From Candidatus Latescibacterota bacterium (GTDB lineage Bacteria > Latescibacterota > UBA2968 > GCA-2709665), in contig CBDCOX010000002.1 of the NCBI GenBank assembly GCA_965219995.1, forward strand, positions 800,001 through 864,000: a stretch of DNA of 64,000 bases. Direction: 5' to 3'. A program made the translations under genes and the position numbers. This document shows positions 19,362-29,301 of the stretch, in pieces. How positions within the stretch are numbered: the stretch's first letter is position 1; each line of letters begins with the position of its first letter. Below the pieces are notes generated by a model that had not been told where the DNA came from, made no database searches, and saw nothing but the letters and a program-made list of their open reading frames with translations.

Positions 19362-20010
19362 GAGAGGACTCTCCTCTGGTAAGGCACCATCTAGTACCTG
19401 GAATCGGTGGCGCTCACTGGCAAAGTCAACACTGCCCTTCTTCAATCGGCAACCCGCACGATGGGGGATGGTGCGCAGGGACACGACCAGAAATATTGCC
19501 TCGTATCTGGTGGGGGAGTTGGGGTGGGGTCTCCTCGCATCGATAAACGTGCAGATACGGCGCGTGGCTGTCCCGCAAGGGATCTTCATATTAAATATAA
19601 CGCCGACGGAGACAGCGGCAAGGTGTCTGATCGGTTATATTTCGAATTGTTACGGACGGCACGGGCCATTTCCCCCGGCCGACTGCCCCGGGGGAGAGGG
19701 GAGACGTGAGACGGGAGAGGAACCCACCGCCGTCACCGGTCGCCAATGTGGCCAAGCGATGAATTCGCGTTGGCGCGGCAACCGCTCCCCCCTGCCGCAA
19801 AAAAGCAGGAGTCAGCGATCAGTCATAGGCCGTCGGCCAGAACCGGTCAGCGGTACGGACATGCGATGTCAATTCACGGATTTCCGCAGGGGATTCACTC
19901 CATTGGAACCCGATTCTGGTTGTATTTCTCGCTTGCAGGTCGTAGTTTAGCGATCACGAATTCAGTGAATCCGCGTGACAGCGACGGGTGTTTTCTTCAG
20001 GAGAGTGGAG

Positions 20011-20607
20011 ATGATTGGTATTTTCCGGTGGTGGGCACGAAGGACGGTGACTCCTCAAAGGCTGCAGCTCCCGGTCGTTTTCCTGACCGCGGCTTTGCTG
20101 TTTGCCTGCGGCAATGATTCCGTATCCGACGAGCCCGGTTCGGATCTGAGGGACATCGATCGCATTGAGGATCTCAAGGCGATCTTCAATCGGGATGCCG
20201 GCGCCCCCCGCCTCATCCTGCTGCTTTCGCCCACGTGACCGGTCTGCCAGGCAGGCGCCAGTTGGGTGCAGGACGAGATTCTTGAAAGGAACGGCGAGGC
20301 AGACGTGAAGGTCTACGCGGTCTGGCTTCCCATGATCGCGAGCGATGCCCGGTCGGAGTGGCGGCACAGCCTGCTTCCGGATTCCAGGGTCGTCCATCTC
20401 TGGGATGAGCAGCGGGTTACCGGACGCTGGTTCGCGCAGCAGGCGTGGTACGATAAGGACGTGGACGTCGCGTGGGACATCTATGTCCTCTTCGGCCCGG
20501 AAGCGCGGTGGGACGCGTCGCCCGGTCCGCCCGTCAGCTGGGGGGAAACCGTCGTGGATGCACGTGAACAGCTCAGGCGGGACTTTCAGGCGCTGCTGGG
20601 TGAGTAG
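20011..20607 (+). CDS. Thioredoxin-fold lipoprotein, putative selenoprotein with UxxC motif (TGA 20236-20238)
   Basis: ORFs 19975..20238 and 20266..20607 are in frame: LLLSPT-TGA-PVCQAGASWVQDE; lipobox LFAC; GGAG RBS before ATG 20011. Confidence 0.85.
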
Positions 20608-20673
20608 GGGGGTGGGAGAACAGAGACGAAACCATTCGTTTGAATTGACCGCGTCGTCTCCGATTTTCGTACG

Positions 20674-20702
20674 AAAAAAAGGAGGCCGAAAGTCGGCCTC
20701 CT
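20674..20702 (-). terminator. Intrinsic terminator downstream of tRNA-fMet (possibly bidirectional)
   Basis: AGGAGGCCGA-CTT-TCGGCCTCCT followed by a T run on the minus strand. Confidence 0.85.
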
Positions 20703-20714
20703 CTGTTGTTTATT

Positions 20715-20791
<77 letters not shown>

Positions 20792-20836
20792 ACCACAAAT
20801 CCATTATAGTGAAATCTATCAATCCGAGTCGTTTTG

Positions 20837-22126
20837 TCAAGCGATTTCTTGTGTTTTGTCCTGTTTGTTCCGATCGGGTTCCTGTTTGACGATCCGGACG
20901 GTGGTAATGCGTTGACCGACCACTTCCTCGACCCACAGCGTGAGGTTTTCGAATACAAAGGTCTCTTCGGGACCCGGGACCCGGCCCAGGTGGTTGTAGA
21001 TGAACCCGCCGAGGGTTTCGTATCCTTCACGCGGAAGCTCGATATTAAGGATCAGATTGAGGTCGTCTATATCCAGCCTCGCATCGGCAACCAGCACGTG
21101 TCCGTCTTCGTCCCAGTGAAACAGTTGCTCTTCCTCGTCGTATTCGTCGTGGATTTCGCCCACGATCTCTTCGATCAGGTCCTCGAGCGTGACCAGTCCG
21201 GAGGTGCCTCCGAATTCATTGATGACAATGGCCATATGCACCTTGTTGGTCTTGAATTCCCGCATCAACTCCGCGATTTTCTTGTTTTCAGGCACGAAAT
21301 ACGGCTTGCGCATGGCGCCTTCCGGAGTCCAGTCCTCACCGGTGCTTAAGAGCTCGAGCAAATCCTTGGCGTAAACCACGCCTTCGATATGGTCCACGCG
21401 TTCCCGGTAGATCGGAATGCGGGAGTGGCGTCGCTGCTGGATCAGCGCCAGGATGTCCGCCGGTTTGGAGGAGATTTCTGCGCACACCATATCAATACGC
21501 GGAACCATCACTTCCTTCACGGTGGTGTCGCCGAACTCGAATATGCCGGCGATCATGTCCCGCTCTTCCTCTTCGATGGTCCCTTCCTCGGTCTCGGTTT
21601 CCACAATCTGACGCAGTTCCTCCTCCTTGATGGCCCTAGTATCGGTTTCGCTGACAAACAGGCTCTGAGTCTTCTGCAGGAGCATCGTTGGCGCAAGCAG
21701 CAGCATATAGAGTGGATAGTATATGGCAATCAGATGCGGCAGCGGGCGGTCGGATCCCTCTTCCCGCCTGTAGAACGAGACGGCATTGCCAATCAGCAGC
21801 GAAAACAGCACGAACACGGTGATGCTCAGCAGGTCGCGCAGAAGCGGCCAGGCGAAGTCACCCAATCCGAACCTGACGAGGGATGCGAACGCAAGTCCGC
21901 CCAGGGTGATGGAAAGCGATTGACCAAGCGTGACCGTCAGGCCCAGAGCGTATCTCGGCCGGTACATCGACAGCAGGAGATTCGCACGGGGGACGGCTTC
22001 ATCCCGGAGGCGTTCCAGTGTCGCCCTGGATATCGTGCTTCCGATCGCGCCTGCGCGTGCAATCAGCGCGGTAACGACCAGGGATCCACACGCGACAAGT
22101 GCTGCCAGCCATTCGGAGTCGTCCAA
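20837..22126 (-). CDS. Hemolysin/CorC family (CNNM TM + CBS pair + CorC domain) protein
   Basis: EVMVPR, HSRIPIY, HMAIVINEFGGTSGLVTLEDLIEEIVGEIHDEYD, YETLGG. Confidence 0.9.
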   Translation of the reverse strand: MDDSEWLAALVACGSLVVTALIARAGAIGSTISRATLERLRDEAVPRANLLLSMYRPRYALGLTVTLGQSLSITLGGLAFASLVRFGLGDFAWPLLRDLLSITVFVLFSLLIGNAVSFYRREEGSDRPLPHLIAIYYPLYMLLLAPTMLLQKTQSLFVSETDTRAIKEEELRQIVETETEEGTIEEEERDMIAGIFEFGDTTVKEVMVPRIDMVCAEISSKPADILALIQQRRHSRIPIYRERVDHIEGVVYAKDLLELLSTGEDWTPEGAMRKPYFVPENKKIAELMREFKTNKVHMAIVINEFGGTSGLVTLEDLIEEIVGEIHDEYDEEEQLFHWDEDGHVLVADARLDIDDLNLILNIELPREGYETLGGFIYNHLGRVPGPEETFVFENLTLWVEEVVGQRITTVRIVKQEPDRNKQDKTQEIA

Positions 22127-22133
22127 AATGGAT

Positions 22134-22586
22134 TCACGCTCCTTTCATCGGTATGCCTGCTTGAAGCCGCGCCAGATATTCGCATTCCTTGCGTCGCATG
22201 GACGCACTGGATCCGGGCTCGTCGTGCCGGTACCCGAGCAGATGCAGGGCGCCATGTACGGCAAGCCACGAGATTTCATCGGACAGGTCGCGAGATCTTT
22301 CCCGTGCCTGCGCTTTGGCCCGATCCACCGAAATGTAGATTTCACCGAAATCGCCGCCATCGGGATGGATCGGGTCCGCCAAATCGAAGGACAAGACATC
22401 GGTAGGCCCGGATGCGCCTTTGAACTCGCGGTTCAGACGACAAAGCGTCACGTCGTCGGCCAGGATCAGGGTGAGGGTACCGACCGCATCGTGATCCTCG
22501 AGCACGCGGTTGAGCAGGAAGTCGAGGTTCACCGGATCGAAGGGTTCGGGAAGCCGCGCTTCCTGCTCGATGCAGATCCGGCTCAC
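22134..22586 (-). CDS. ybeY: rRNA maturation endoribonuclease YbeY
   Basis: LNREF...PTDVLSF, GEIYIS, HGALHLLGYRH; GTG start overlaps the upstream TGA. Confidence 0.92.
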   Translation of the reverse strand: MSRICIEQEARLPEPFDPVNLDFLLNRVLEDHDAVGTLTLILADDVTLCRLNREFKGASGPTDVLSFDLADPIHPDGGDFGEIYISVDRAKAQARERSRDLSDEISWLAVHGALHLLGYRHDEPGSSASMRRKECEYLARLQAGIPMKGA

Positions 22587-24895
22587 AGGACTTCCTTTCC
22601 GCGCCTGGATTGAACCCGCTTCTGTTCGTGCTGCCACGGATAGGCAACGCGGCTGTGCCATGTGCCCTCGAGGATGGGCAGAAACGCTTCCTGAATCCTG
22701 GTCAGGTCCCGGAGCGTCAGGTCGCATTCGTCCAGCTCACCGGCGGTAAACCGTCCCTTTACGAGCCTTTGCACCATTTCACGGGTGTCGTCGGGAGAAA
22801 TCGCGTTGAGGCTGCGTATCGCCGATTCCACCGCATCGGCAAGGCTGACGATACCTGCCTCTCGCGTTTGCGGCCTCGGACCCGGATATCGGAAATCGGC
22901 GTCGCGCACCTCGTCAGGGGCGCTGCTTTCCATGGCGCTCTTCTTGAATCCCGCGATTTCGCTGGTCCCGTGATGCTGGGAGATCATGTCGATAATCACC
23001 CGCGGCAGACCTTCCTCTTCCGCCATTCTGACGCCGTCCTTCACATGGGAGATGAGAATCAGGGCGCTCAGACGGGGCTGGAGTTCATCGTGTGGGTTCA
23101 CGCCTTTCTGGTTCTCGATAAAATAGTGGGGCCGTGTCATTTTGCCGATGTCATGGTAATAACAGCCTACCCGCGCCAGCAGGCCGTTGGCGCCAACGAC
23201 TTCAGCGGCGGCCTCCGAAAGCCTGGCCATGATGATGCTGTGACTGTACGTGCCCGGCGCCCGAATGGCCAGGTTGCGAAGCAGCGGGCGGTTCAGATCC
23301 GATAGCTCCAGCAGCGTGTAGGTCGTGACCACGCTGAATGCGCTTTCGAAGATCGGCAGCAGGCCGATGGTAAGAACTGAGGATGCGCAGGCTGTGAAGG
23401 TACCCAGAACCAGGTCCCACCTGACCTTCTGGAAAAACTCACCGAAACTTGCATAGCTGAACAAAAGGGTGGCGGTTGCGAAGGTGGAGAGCAGATAGGC
23501 GCAGACCAGGAAGGCGATGGAACGGTAAAAAAAGTCGCTGCGCCGGTTTACCGGACGCACGGAGTATGCCCCGGCAGCCCCGGTAATCAGGTATATCAGT
23601 CCGAACGAAAGGCTTCCCACGATACTCGCGCACAGCGTGGCGCAAACGAACGACACAACGAGGCCGACTTCCGTGTCGAATAGCACGGTCGCCAGCATCA
23701 CCGACAGGGCAACCGGCACCAGCAGGGGCGTTATCGACGACACGGTTGCCGCATAGGACGCGACCAGGCACGGCATGGTGACCAGGATGCCGAACAGGAC
23801 GAAGTTGGAGGTTGACGCGAAGACCGCGGGCCGCGACACCTGAAGAAATACGAACAAAATCGCAACCAGCAGGGCGCTGACTGCGGCCTGGGCGCCAACC
23901 TGCAGATGATAGAGGTAGGGGACCCGGTCGATCGCACGGTTCATGTGCGCGGCGAGAGAGCGCAACTCGTCCATGTGTTCCGAGGTCACGCGGTCGTGTT
24001 TGTCGACGATGCGCTCGCCTCCCAGAACGGTCCCCTTGTAAGGCGAGACCCTTGCCGCGGCCTCTTCTCTGCGCCGTCCGGTCTCTTCGGTGCTGTAGGT
24101 GAGATTGGGCGTCAGAAAGACGACGACAAGCTCGTATACGGCCTTGATCTCCGCGGGAGTACCCTGCGGGAACTGGGTGTCGATCTCATCCTGTAAGCTT
24201 CGCTCATACCACTCCAGGCCTCGGATAGGCGCCCCCGAAATGCGTCGCTCGCCGTCTGCCTGGACGAGGAGCACTTCTACGGTTTCGTCTCCGAGGACTT
24301 CGGAGTCCTGGTTCAAAACGCCGGCCGTATAACTGGATATCAGCAGATCGCGGACAGTGGTGCGGAGCTTCTCGAATCCGGTAGGGTAATTGGCCGCCTG
24401 ATCGATGAGAAATCTCAAGCTGGCCTGAGAAACGGAGCCGATTTCAGAATGTGCCTGCTGGAGATGATGTACGGCCGAGTCCGGAACGACGGCAGCACTC
24501 CTCCGGCTCAGATCCTCGAAGAATCCGTCAAGCGCCTGTTGCCGATCCGTTGCGATCCCCTCGTTCAGGATCAAGACCGGAAGAACGTCTTCGCGGGCCG
24601 CTTCCACTTCACGGCCGTATTCGGTTTCGTTCTTGAGCACTTTGAAGTTTTCCGGTGCGATCACTTCGTAGGGCGCGATGGTGCCCTCGCTGAATGCACT
24701 GTGTTCGTAGTTCGTTCTGGCAATGGGGAAGAAATACGTCAAGAGGGCAACCAGCGTGAAGAGGATGCCCCCTCGAAACAGAACCCTCACGCGCGAACGC
24801 AACTTGCGACGGGACAACGCAAGGCGGTCATCGCCGCCCGTATCCGGTTCCAAGAATCCTGTGTCCAGGAGCATCTGTCGGAGACTGCGCATCAT
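22583..24895 (-). CDS. 7TM-HDIG phosphohydrolase (PgpH-like c-di-AMP phosphodiesterase)
   Basis: Extracellular domain, 7TM region, APGTYSHS, YYHDIGK, YFIENQ, HHGT, FRYPGPRPQTRE, LADAVE. Confidence 0.88.
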   Translation of the reverse strand: MMRSLRQMLLDTGFLEPDTGGDDRLALSRRKLRSRVRVLFRGGILFTLVALLTYFFPIARTNYEHSAFSEGTIAPYEVIAPENFKVLKNETEYGREVEAAREDVLPVLILNEGIATDRQQALDGFFEDLSRRSAAVVPDSAVHHLQQAHSEIGSVSQASLRFLIDQAANYPTGFEKLRTTVRDLLISSYTAGVLNQDSEVLGDETVEVLLVQADGERRISGAPIRGLEWYERSLQDEIDTQFPQGTPAEIKAVYELVVVFLTPNLTYSTEETGRRREEAAARVSPYKGTVLGGERIVDKHDRVTSEHMDELRSLAAHMNRAIDRVPYLYHLQVGAQAAVSALLVAILFVFLQVSRPAVFASTSNFVLFGILVTMPCLVASYAATVSSITPLLVPVALSVMLATVLFDTEVGLVVSFVCATLCASIVGSLSFGLIYLITGAAGAYSVRPVNRRSDFFYRSIAFLVCAYLLSTFATATLLFSYASFGEFFQKVRWDLVLGTFTACASSVLTIGLLPIFESAFSVVTTYTLLELSDLNRPLLRNLAIRAPGTYSHSIIMARLSEAAAEVVGANGLLARVGCYYHDIGKMTRPHYFIENQKGVNPHDELQPRLSALILISHVKDGVRMAEEEGLPRVIIDMISQHHGTSEIAGFKKSAMESSAPDEVRDADFRYPGPRPQTREAGIVSLADAVESAIRSLNAISPDDTREMVQRLVKGRFTAGELDECDLTLRDLTRIQEAFLPILEGTWHSRVAYPWQHEQKRVQSRRGKEVL

Positions 24896-24907
24896 CGTTC
24901 GGATACC

Positions 24908-25909
24908 TTACACTTCCTGCTGACCCGCGCCGTCGTTCGGGTCGGGTTCATCGGCTGCCTGAAGCTTTTTTTCACTCTCATAGCGGTCGTAAGCCGAAAT
25001 GATCTTCCGGACCAACGCGTGGCGTACGACGTCCCGCTCCGTAAAGCTGACGAATCGGATGGCCTCGATATGCGAGAGGATCTGCTGGACGTGCACAAGT
25101 CCGGACACATCGTCCGGCAGCAGGTCGATCTGCGTGACATCACCGTTGACAACGGCCTTCGAGTTGGCCCCCAATCGCGTGAGAAACATCTTCATCTGGC
25201 TGATCGTCGTGTTCTGGGCCTCATCCAGGATGACAAAGGCGTTGTTGAGCGTGCGCCCTCGCATGAATGCCAGGGGAGCGATTTCCAGAGTCCGATTCTC
25301 GAGCAGGTGTTGTATATGCTCGCCGGGAATCATGTCCCGCAGTGCGTCATATAACGGCCGCAGATAGGGATCGACCTTTTCCTGAATGTCACCCGGCAGG
25401 AATCCCAGGCTTTCTCCGGCTTCGACCGCCGGGCGGGTCAGAATGATCCTCGAGACTTCCTTGCGCTTCAAGGCGGCGGCGGCACAGGCCACAGCGAGAT
25501 AGGTCTTGCCGGTCCCGGCGGGGCCGATGCCGAAGACGATATCGAATTTCTCGATTCCGGTCACATATTGTTGTTGGGCGGCGGAACGAGGCCGAATCAT
25601 GCACTTCTGTGTAACAAGAACGGTCTTGCGGGTGTCGGACGGGCCGTTGTCGACGGTCACGGCGCACGACTCCTCCGACTGTTCGGGGATGTCGCCGCGC
25701 CGCAGACAGGAGACCATCTCTTCCAGCAGGCCGGAAACATGCCGTACCTTGAACGCGGGACCGGAGATCGTGACGGTTTCGCCACGGGCCGTTACGTGAA
25801 CGCCGTAACGGGCTTCGAGCGCCAGGAGGTTGACGTCGTTGTGACCGTACAGCGTGAGGGGATCGACACCCTTGATCGATAGCTGATGAGATAAGGTTCT
25901 GTTTCTCAA
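24908..25909 (-). CDS. phoH: PhoH family ATPase
   Basis: GPAGTGKTYLA, LTRPAVEAGESLGFLPGD, LAFMRGRTL, ILDEAQN, DVVRH; start uncertain (TTG 25909). Confidence 0.93.
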   Translation of the reverse strand: MRNRTLSHQLSIKGVDPLTLYGHNDVNLLALEARYGVHVTARGETVTISGPAFKVRHVSGLLEEMVSCLRRGDIPEQSEESCAVTVDNGPSDTRKTVLVTQKCMIRPRSAAQQQYVTGIEKFDIVFGIGPAGTGKTYLAVACAAAALKRKEVSRIILTRPAVEAGESLGFLPGDIQEKVDPYLRPLYDALRDMIPGEHIQHLLENRTLEIAPLAFMRGRTLNNAFVILDEAQNTTISQMKMFLTRLGANSKAVVNGDVTQIDLLPDDVSGLVHVQQILSHIEAIRFVSFTERDVVRHALVRKIISAYDRYESEKKLQAADEPDPNDGAGQQEV

Positions 25910-25929
25910 CCGGTCAGGTCTTTTAGAAA

Positions 25930-25975
25930 TAAAAAAAGCCCTCGTTCCGGTCAGACTCCGGGAACGAGAGCTTTT
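25930..25975 (-). terminator. Intrinsic terminator after the LysM gene
   Basis: Minus strand GCTCTCGTTCC...GGAACGAGGGC followed by T7. Confidence 0.8.
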
Positions 25976-26062
25976 CATGTGGTTTATTCGTGGTGTGAGT
26001 CGCTATCCATTTTGCGAGGGCGTAATTCTCCGTCGTTCGAAGGCAGGGTGTCCGGTGACCGG

Positions 26063-26911
26063 TCAGTCTTCCGGAACGTCGATGACCTGCGCCGGGAAGA
26101 CCAGGTTCGGATCCCTGATCTGAGATTTGTTCGCCCGATAAATGCGGTGCCATTTCGTCGGGTCGTTATAAACCATGCCGGCGATGCTCGTAAGCGTATG
26201 TCCCTGAAGGATCAGGTGTTGTCCTCTGTCTACGCCGAAGGGAATCTGCAGAACCCAATCGGGGTAGATCAGATCCGGATTCTTGATCTTGTCGCGATTT
26301 TCAAGATAAATCCGGGGCCACAGGTAGGCGTTGTCGTAGATTTCCTCGCTCCTTGCGATCTTCCAGAGGTTGTCGTTTCGGAGCACCGTGTAGTCTTTGA
26401 TTTTCTTCGCGGGCATCCGGGCGGAAATGCTCTCGATCAGTTGCACGATGGTCTTCAGTTTCATCCGTGCTTTGGGAAGATGGCGGATCTTGTTCTGCTT
26501 CAGGCCTTCGACCTCTTCGGAAATCGCATCGAAATGATCACGCTGGTCGAAAAGATCGGCGTCCGGAAGATTCATCAGGGCCCTGAGTTGCCCCTCGATG
26601 CGATCCAGCGCGGCCAGGTAGGCATCGATGCAGGCTTGATCGGGACACCCGACCAGGTCCAGGATTTCCTGCAATGTACTTGCAATCTGCGCATCCAGGT
26701 CGGCGATTTGCTGTGAGACCCTGTCACCGGCCTCTTTGCATTCCTGCACTTTCTGCTTCGTTTCCTGGATCTCACGCTGCACGCTCGCGAGTTGCATTTC
26801 GTACTCTTCGTAGGTCATACCGTCGGACTGGGCAAAAGCAGCCACCGGAACCAGAGCCATTGCCAGCGCAGTGCAGACGAGTGAAAACCCGATGTGTTTA
26901 CGATTCTTCAC
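26063..26911 (-). CDS. Secreted coiled-coil protein with two LysM domains
   Basis: Signal peptide AFA; YTV...DNLWKIA...IY.ENRDKIKNPDLIYP and HTLTSIA...IYRANKSQIRDPNLVFP. Confidence 0.9.
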   Translation of the reverse strand: MKNRKHIGFSLVCTALAMALVPVAAFAQSDGMTYEEYEMQLASVQREIQETKQKVQECKEAGDRVSQQIADLDAQIASTLQEILDLVGCPDQACIDAYLAALDRIEGQLRALMNLPDADLFDQRDHFDAISEEVEGLKQNKIRHLPKARMKLKTIVQLIESISARMPAKKIKDYTVLRNDNLWKIARSEEIYDNAYLWPRIYLENRDKIKNPDLIYPDWVLQIPFGVDRGQHLILQGHTLTSIAGMVYNDPTKWHRIYRANKSQIRDPNLVFPAQVIDVPED

Positions 26912-26927
26912 AGGAATCTCCTTTCCA

Positions 26928-27203
26928 TTACGGATTCAGGGCGTTCTGCACGGCGTCCCGATCGGCGGTCAGTCTCTGAAGTTCTTGTTTCTTTTCGGCC
27001 AGCGTGCGTTCCAGTTCGGCACGCTTCTGCCGGCACGCAGCCAGATCCGCTTCGGCCGCCCGGGCATTGTTCCTTGCCTCCTCCAGCATCTGGAGATCTT
27101 CGTCCGACGCCATCACGTGACAGCCCGACAGAAGGGGAAGCAGGAACAGCGCCAGGACGACGCCAAATCCCGTGAAACGATCCTTCAGATTGCGCTTAGC
27201 CAT
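26928..27203 (-). CDS. Small coiled-coil lipoprotein
   Basis: Lipobox LLSGC followed by an Ala/Glu-rich helix; RBS AAGGAG; 16 nt upstream of the LysM gene. Confidence 0.75.
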   Translation of the reverse strand: MAKRNLKDRFTGFGVVLALFLLPLLSGCHVMASDEDLQMLEEARNNARAAEADLAACRQKRAELERTLAEKKQELQRLTADRDAVQNALNP

Positions 27204-27415
27204 CGATGTCTCCTTGGGGACACGTGTTCATGCGTTGAAGAAACGTTGAATTAACAGACAGACACAAAAACGGCGACTGACGTTGAGCACAGGAAACAAG
27301 CTCGAGATCACCGTCCGGCCAGGTCACAATTAGTGCCTCCAAATTACTACAAGAACCCATCAAAGTCAAGAAAAAAAACATCACGAACGCGTGCGGGACA
27401 ACGCCCGAATGAGGC

Positions 27416-29212
27416 TCATGGATGGACCGATTCGCCGCCCAGCAGCCGGATACCGAGTTCTCTCAATTGGCCGGCGTCGACCGCCGACGGAGCGCCGTCC
27501 ATCAGCGAGGCCGCATTGTTGGTTTTGGGAAAGGCGATCACGTCACGGATGTAATCCCGGCCAGCCATCAGGGCGACCAGGCGGTCGTACCCGAATGCGA
27601 TGCCGCCGTGCGGCGGCGCGCCATACCGGAACGCGTCCATGAGAAAGCCGAATTTCTCTTCCGCCTCATCGGGAGAAATATCCAGCAGATCAAACATCTT
27701 CTCCTGTATTTCGCGACGGTGGATACGAATGCTGCCGCCTGCTATTTCATTCCCGTTGAGCACGAGGTCGTACGCGCGCGCACGCACGCCGGAAGGATCG
27801 GTAGCCATTTTTTCGATGTCTTCATCCAGCGGCGACGTGAACGGGTGGTGGCACGCCGCATACCGCTTCTCGCCCGGATCCCATTCCACCAGGGGAAAAT
27901 GGGTCACCCACAGGAAGCTGAACTTACCGCGGTCCAGCAGATTCAGGTGATCCCCCAGCCTCAGACGCAAGTTGCCGAGTACCTCGGCCACAATGGACGG
28001 CCGGTCAGCCGCAAACAGCAGAAGATCGCCCGGCTCGGCCTGCATGGCCTCCCGCAGCAGAGCCTGCGACCGTTCGGGGAAGAATTTGACAATTGCCGAT
28101 TCCATGCCGCTGTCCGTTACCCTGATCCACGCCAGTCCCCTCGCCCCGAAACCGCTCACGAAGGCGCCGAGATCGTCAATCTGCTTGCGCGAAAACGTGC
28201 CGCAACCCCTGGCATTGATGCCGCGAACCTGTCCCCGTTCGGCCAGCACGCGCTTGAACACCTGGAATTCGGAAGCTTCGGCGGCGGCGGCCAGGTCCAC
28301 AATTTCCAGCCCGAACCGGGTGTCCGGCTTGTCGGACCCGTAGGTGTCGAGCGCCTCCGTGTGGGAGAGACGGGGAAAGGGCCTGTGCAAGTCGATGTCC
28401 AGAATATCCTTGAAGAGGCCGGCGGTAAGCCGCTCGGCGGCGTCCATGACGTCGTCTTCATTGACAAATGACATCTCAATGTCGATTTGCGTGAATTCCG
28501 GCTGCCGGTCTCCCCGAAGATCTTCATCTCTGAAACAGCGCACGATCTGAAAGTAACGGTCGAATCCGGCCACCATGACAAGCTGCTTGTAGGTTTGCGG
28601 GGACTGTGGCAGGGCGTAGAAGTGACCCGGATTGATCCGGCTGGGCACCAGATAGTCGCGTGCCCCCTCGGGCGTACTCTTCATCAGAAACGGCGTTTCG
28701 ACCTCGATAAAGCCGTCGTCTGAAAGGCGGCGTCGCGTGGCCTGCGATATGCGGTGCCGAAGCAGGATGTCTGCTTGAATGTCCGGCCGGCGCAGATCGA
28801 GGTAACGGTGGCGGAGCCGGATTTCTTCGTTGGCATCCGACCCTGCTTCGATGAGAAAGGGCGGGGTTTCCGATTCGTTCAGAATTTTCAGTTCGGATGC
28901 CTCGACGTCGATTTCGCCCGTAGGCAGGTTCGGATTCGCCATGCCTTCCGGTCGGGACTCCACCCTGCCTTTGACCGCGAGCACGAATTCGTTCCGGATG
29001 GCTTCGGCGTTCCTGTGAATTTCAGGACTCAGATCGGGGCGAAAGACGACCTGCGTGAGCCCGTCCCGGTCGCGCAGGTCGGCGAAGATCACGCCGCCAT
29101 GATCCCTGCGTTTGGCGACCCAGCCCATCAGGGTGACCTGCCTGCCGATGTCCCGGGCGCGAAGGTCGCCGCAGGAGTGCGTGCGTTTCCAGTCGCCGAG
29201 GGATTTCGCCAT
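27416..29212 (-). CDS. aspS: Aspartate-tRNA ligase (probably non-discriminating)
   Basis: RTHSCG, RRDHGG, STPEGARDY, LPQSPQ, FRDEDLR.DRQPEFTQ, GAPPHGG. Confidence 0.97.
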   Translation of the reverse strand: MAKSLGDWKRTHSCGDLRARDIGRQVTLMGWVAKRRDHGGVIFADLRDRDGLTQVVFRPDLSPEIHRNAEAIRNEFVLAVKGRVESRPEGMANPNLPTGEIDVEASELKILNESETPPFLIEAGSDANEEIRLRHRYLDLRRPDIQADILLRHRISQATRRRLSDDGFIEVETPFLMKSTPEGARDYLVPSRINPGHFYALPQSPQTYKQLVMVAGFDRYFQIVRCFRDEDLRGDRQPEFTQIDIEMSFVNEDDVMDAAERLTAGLFKDILDIDLHRPFPRLSHTEALDTYGSDKPDTRFGLEIVDLAAAAEASEFQVFKRVLAERGQVRGINARGCGTFSRKQIDDLGAFVSGFGARGLAWIRVTDSGMESAIVKFFPERSQALLREAMQAEPGDLLLFAADRPSIVAEVLGNLRLRLGDHLNLLDRGKFSFLWVTHFPLVEWDPGEKRYAACHHPFTSPLDEDIEKMATDPSGVRARAYDLVLNGNEIAGGSIRIHRREIQEKMFDLLDISPDEAEEKFGFLMDAFRYGAPPHGGIAFGYDRLVALMAGRDYIRDVIAFPKTNNAASLMDGAPSAVDAGQLRELGIRLLGGESVHP

Positions 29213-29301
29213 ATTCAAGGCTCCGGTAGAGGTGCGAGATTTATCGCGGTGGCGCCGCCAGGGCGTTTCTCCATATCGTTATATCGTTACCCTGGGGTAA
29301 A

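Noticed and set aside
19362-19800. Cobalamin riboswitch upstream of the TonB receptor
   Set aside because: Conserved B12-element motifs (GGGAA, CCCGCAACTGT, GCCACTG, AGCCAG) are not present in order.
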